DNA from: a virus
Reading direction: 5' to 3' (one strand)
Virus record (IMG/VR): IMGVR_UViG_3300036760_000327
Location: 1-64,000 of that record
Length of the DNA stretch: 64,000 bases
In this document: one piece after another, positions 61,177-64,000 of the stretch
How the letters are laid out: each line of letters opens with the position of its first letter
Numbering within the stretch: the first letter of the stretch is position 1
The notes under the pieces: model-generated
Seen by the model: the letters and a program-made list of their open reading frames with translations, nothing else
Database searches by the model: none
What the model was told of the DNA's origin: nothing
Translations under genes and position numbers: made by a program

Positions 61177-63999
61177 TTATTCCTCTTCTTCTGTTTTTTG
61201 TTCCCCCGACCACATAGATCGTCCGGCTACATTTTCTGCTTTACCAAATTTAGATGGCATTAATCCTTCTTCTAATTCCTGAATTCTTTTTTGCATTGCA
61301 GGACGTAAATGTTTTGGCAATCTTTTTAATTGTGCCTGCAAATAAGTTATGGTTTTATGTGTTCTATAATATTTTGACAATTCAGAATATGTTAATACAA
61401 TATTATTTTTTTGCGCCTTCTCAAAAACTTGACGCACATCTTCCATTTTACCTTTATCTAGAGCATTAATACCTTTTAATACTAAATCTTGTTTATCTTT
61501 TCGGTAGGTATAAGCTTCATCACGCATTTGTTGATATAAATCATAGGTTGCTTTAGATCCTACATACGGAAATCCTGTAAGATCCATAATGGCATGTAAT
61601 GGACTTGTTTCCATCGTCATTAATTGTTGTTTTCCCGCTGCTTTATATCCACGTTCTAAATCAGTTGCAGTCCTTAATGCTTTTGCTCCATATCTAAATT
61701 GCGGAATAGATATAATGCCCAAAGCATTTAGTAAATCATCTGCTCCAGAAGATTTGTCTTCTGCGCTTTGACCAAATGTGGCCTGATAAGCTCCTTTCAT
61801 AATTTCCCATGGAACGGATAATATTTTTACTGGCATTAACCCAACACCAAAAATTGAACTAACATCCATGCCCAATTGGGCCATGGCTGCTGCAATAGTA
61901 AGTTGAAATCCAGCGTATAAACCAAATCTTGCTAGTACACTTTTATCTCCACTTTTAATACCCTCGGTTAATCCACGAGCCATAAATTGAATTGTATTAG
62001 CAGGATATGACCAAAATATAGTACTTATTTTTGCCACCGGTCCACGTGTTAATGGATTTCTCATGGTTTTAGAATAACCATATTGTGATGTAATTGTAGA
62101 TTTAAAAGCATTAAAATAAGCATCAGGAATTATTAAATCTGGTATATCTTCCATACTTTTTAATAATCCTAATCTAACGCCCTTTTCAAAACTCCAACCT
62201 CTTTCTCCTGCTTCGCTTAAAGCAGTCTGAAACGCTAAAAATTTATTAAAATGTTCTGTAGCCCTCATTGGACTCATTGCCATATCGCTAATCCAATCAT
62301 AAAAAGCTAATCCTTTTCCAGGTAAGGTTTCTGCTCTGCCCAATCTTGCTTTTAATGCCTTGCCACCAGGCCCTACTTCTTCATAATATTCTTCTGCCCC
62401 TAATAACATATCGTACCATTTTTTAACTTCTGGATCCCCTTTTCCTTTAATATATTCAAGATAAGAATTTAATCCTTTGGCAAATTTTCCTGGTCCTTCA
62501 TTAACTAGTGTTTGAACTGATTGTAAAATATTACGAATTGCCGTATCTGGCCCAATAGCTCCTCTGGCCACTTGTCCTGCCAATCGACCAGCTATTATAT
62601 TTGGAAAATTAGGATTTAATACCTCTTGTCCTATAACATTATTTAATCTTTCCACCTCTTGTGATAGCCACCTTGCTCCCATAGTTCTAGTTCCTAAAGC
62701 CTGTTTTACTTGTTTTTCCATATACCATCTAACAGATCTAATAATATCACTTCTAGGATATTTATTAATTATGGGCATGACCTCTTGTTTAAATATCCTA
62801 TCACATTCTTTATTAATCATTGTATAAAGATATTGAGACAATACTTCTTGCGAATCATGTTTATATGACAGTAAATTTCCACCTGTTCTCTCTTGTAAAT
62901 GGGGGTTAAATGTCTTTTCTCTAGTTCTAGCCATTACATCAGAAGGCAAAAATGCCCATTGATCATAAATTCCTTCAAAATCAAGAACATTATATCTAAT
63001 TCTGTTCTTCTCAATAGGAGATAATTCTTTCCATGTTTTGTTAGCAGCAAAAATGGTTTTTAATTCTAAAAATTCTTCATTTGATAAGGCTGATTGTCCT
63101 GCTATAATATATCTACTAGGCAAACCACGCGGATTATTAATTTTATCATATGGTGCATTATTATCAAAATTTGCAAACATTCCTTTAACTTTAAGATAAG
63201 TATTCTCATTATCTACAATTAATGGAAAATACTCATCTATAAAAAATTTACGTTCTCGTAAATTATTCGCATCCCCAAACTTATCCAAAAAAGAACGAAT
63301 ATTGTTTTTTACCTCTAATACTAATAGATTATTTGGAATAGTCTTACGAATAAATGAATCAGATACTTGTTCTCTTAATTCTTGAGCATTAGACTGCTCA
63401 TTAATTTTCTTATATATGGTATTTAATACACTATTAGCATCATAAACTAATTTCTTTTTTAAATCTCGTTTACGCACTTCATTTAAAGTTGCTTTTTCAG
63501 CCACCGCACGAATATCTGGATTTGCATTTGCCATACTCTGTCCAAGCATATCTGTAGCTTTTACCATTGGAACATCACCCTTTGAAATACCCTCAGGAGC
63601 TCCCATAGTTGTTACTGGTACTTTTGTAATATCCTTAGCCATGCTTTCAGTATGCATTGCAGCTATCTCGGCATCAGATAGTTTTAACTTTTCTCCGTCC
63701 ATCGTATCTTTTAGAACAGATGGCATTTCTTCCCGAGATATCCGTTTATTTGTACCCTTTCGGTCAGCAAATCCTTGATAAATACTTATTGTTTTTTGTT
63801 TAAGTCGAGATGCCATTTCTTTGGCCAAATCAATATCTATACCAGTACGAAGTTTAAGTCCAGTAGGTCCTGGTAATCCAAACCCTTGTTTTTCATAATA
63901 ACTTTGAATACTATTTTTAAATTCTTCTTTAAAGAAATCTTGTTGTGGTATATCCAGAGTATTGGGAAAATCTATTTTTGTGGGTTTTCCATCAACCGT
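61177..63999 (-). CDS. large virion (internal/ejection-like) protein, 5' truncated by the window edge
   Basis: The frame stays open from 63828 to the window end; helical composition with a hydrophobic C-terminal segment. Confidence 0.65.
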   Translation of the reverse strand, partial: TVDGKPTKIDFPNTLDIPQQDFFKEEFKNSIQSYYEKQGFGLPGPTGLKLRTGIDIDLAKEMASRLKQKTISIYQGFADRKGTNKRISREEMPSVLKDTMDGEKLKLSDAEIAAMHTESMAKDITKVPVTTMGAPEGISKGDVPMVKATDMLGQSMANANPDIRAVAEKATLNEVRKRDLKKKLVYDANSVLNTIYKKINEQSNAQELREQVSDSFIRKTIPNNLLVLEVKNNIRSFLDKFGDANNLRERKFFIDEYFPLIVDNENTYLKVKGMFANFDNNAPYDKINNPRGLPSRYIIAGQSALSNEEFLELKTIFAANKTWKELSPIEKNRIRYNVLDFEGIYDQWAFLPSDVMARTREKTFNPHLQERTGGNLLSYKHDSQEVLSQYLYTMINKECDRIFKQEVMPIINKYPRSDIIRSVRWYMEKQVKQALGTRTMGARWLSQEVERLNNVIGQEVLNPNFPNIIAGRLAGQVARGAIGPDTAIRNILQSVQTLVNEGPGKFAKGLNSYLEYIKGKGDPEVKKWYDMLLGAEEYYEEVGPGGKALKARLGRAETLPGKGLAFYDWISDMAMSPMRATEHFNKFLAFQTALSEAGERGWSFEKGVRLGLLKSMEDIPDLIIPDAYFNAFKSTITSQYGYSKTMRNPLTRGPVAKISTIFWSYPANTIQFMARGLTEGIKSGDKSVLARFGLYAGFQLTIAAAMAQLGMDVSSIFGVGLMPVKILSVPWEIMKGAYQATFGQSAEDKSSGADDLLNALGIISIPQFRYGAKALRTATDLERGYKAAGKQQLMTMETSPLHAIMDLTGFPYVGSKATYDLYQQMRDEAYTYRKDKQDLVLKGINALDKGKMEDVRQVFEKAQKNNIVLTYSELSKYYRTHKTITYLQAQLKRLPKHLRPAMQKRIQELEEGLMPSKFGKAENVAGRSMWSGEQKTEEEE

Positions 64000-64000
64000 T

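Noticed and set aside
1-64000. Genome-wide stop-codon reassignment
   Set aside because: Long genes (600-900 aa) are intact in code 11, and TAG/TGA end genes right before the next SD or start; in-frame stops are isolated
1-64000. Retron, DGR, integrase or cas genes
   Set aside because: No reverse transcriptase, recombinase or Cas motifs are recognisable in this window

Overview
This is an AT-rich segment of a tailed dsDNA bacteriophage genome in standard genetic code. The host is probably an anaerobic Gram-negative bacterium; this is inferred from the NrdJ C-terminal module, the B12 radical SAM gene and the GH24 lysozyme. The + strand (1-42969) opens with a sigma70-type promoter (TTGACT-N17-TAGAAT, 53-81), followed by about 1.7 kb that folds almost continuously with G.U wobbles on the + strand. 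Embedded in it is a gene whose ribosome-binding site appears to be controlled by a long-range 29-bp pairing switch. Next come many small early ORFs, beta-helix/pentapeptide repeat proteins and a possible origin. An amidoligase cluster follows (three COOH-NH2 ligases, an ATP-grasp ligase, a class II glutamine amidotransferase). The replication/recombination module has an SNF2 helicase, ParB-like protein, RNA ligase, primase-helicase, sigma factor, PolA, UvsY-like protein, SSB, intein-containing RecA, SbcCD, two DNA MTases and two tRNAs. The - strand (42978-64000) carries virion genes, an ~11 kb glycosylation/sugar-tailoring cluster and the holin-endolysin pair. A conserved TGTCACA-N13-TACTATT promoter motif and a twice-repeated four-way-junction RNA motif are also visible. 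All protein calls come from motif recognition by eye; no database searches or folding programs were run.
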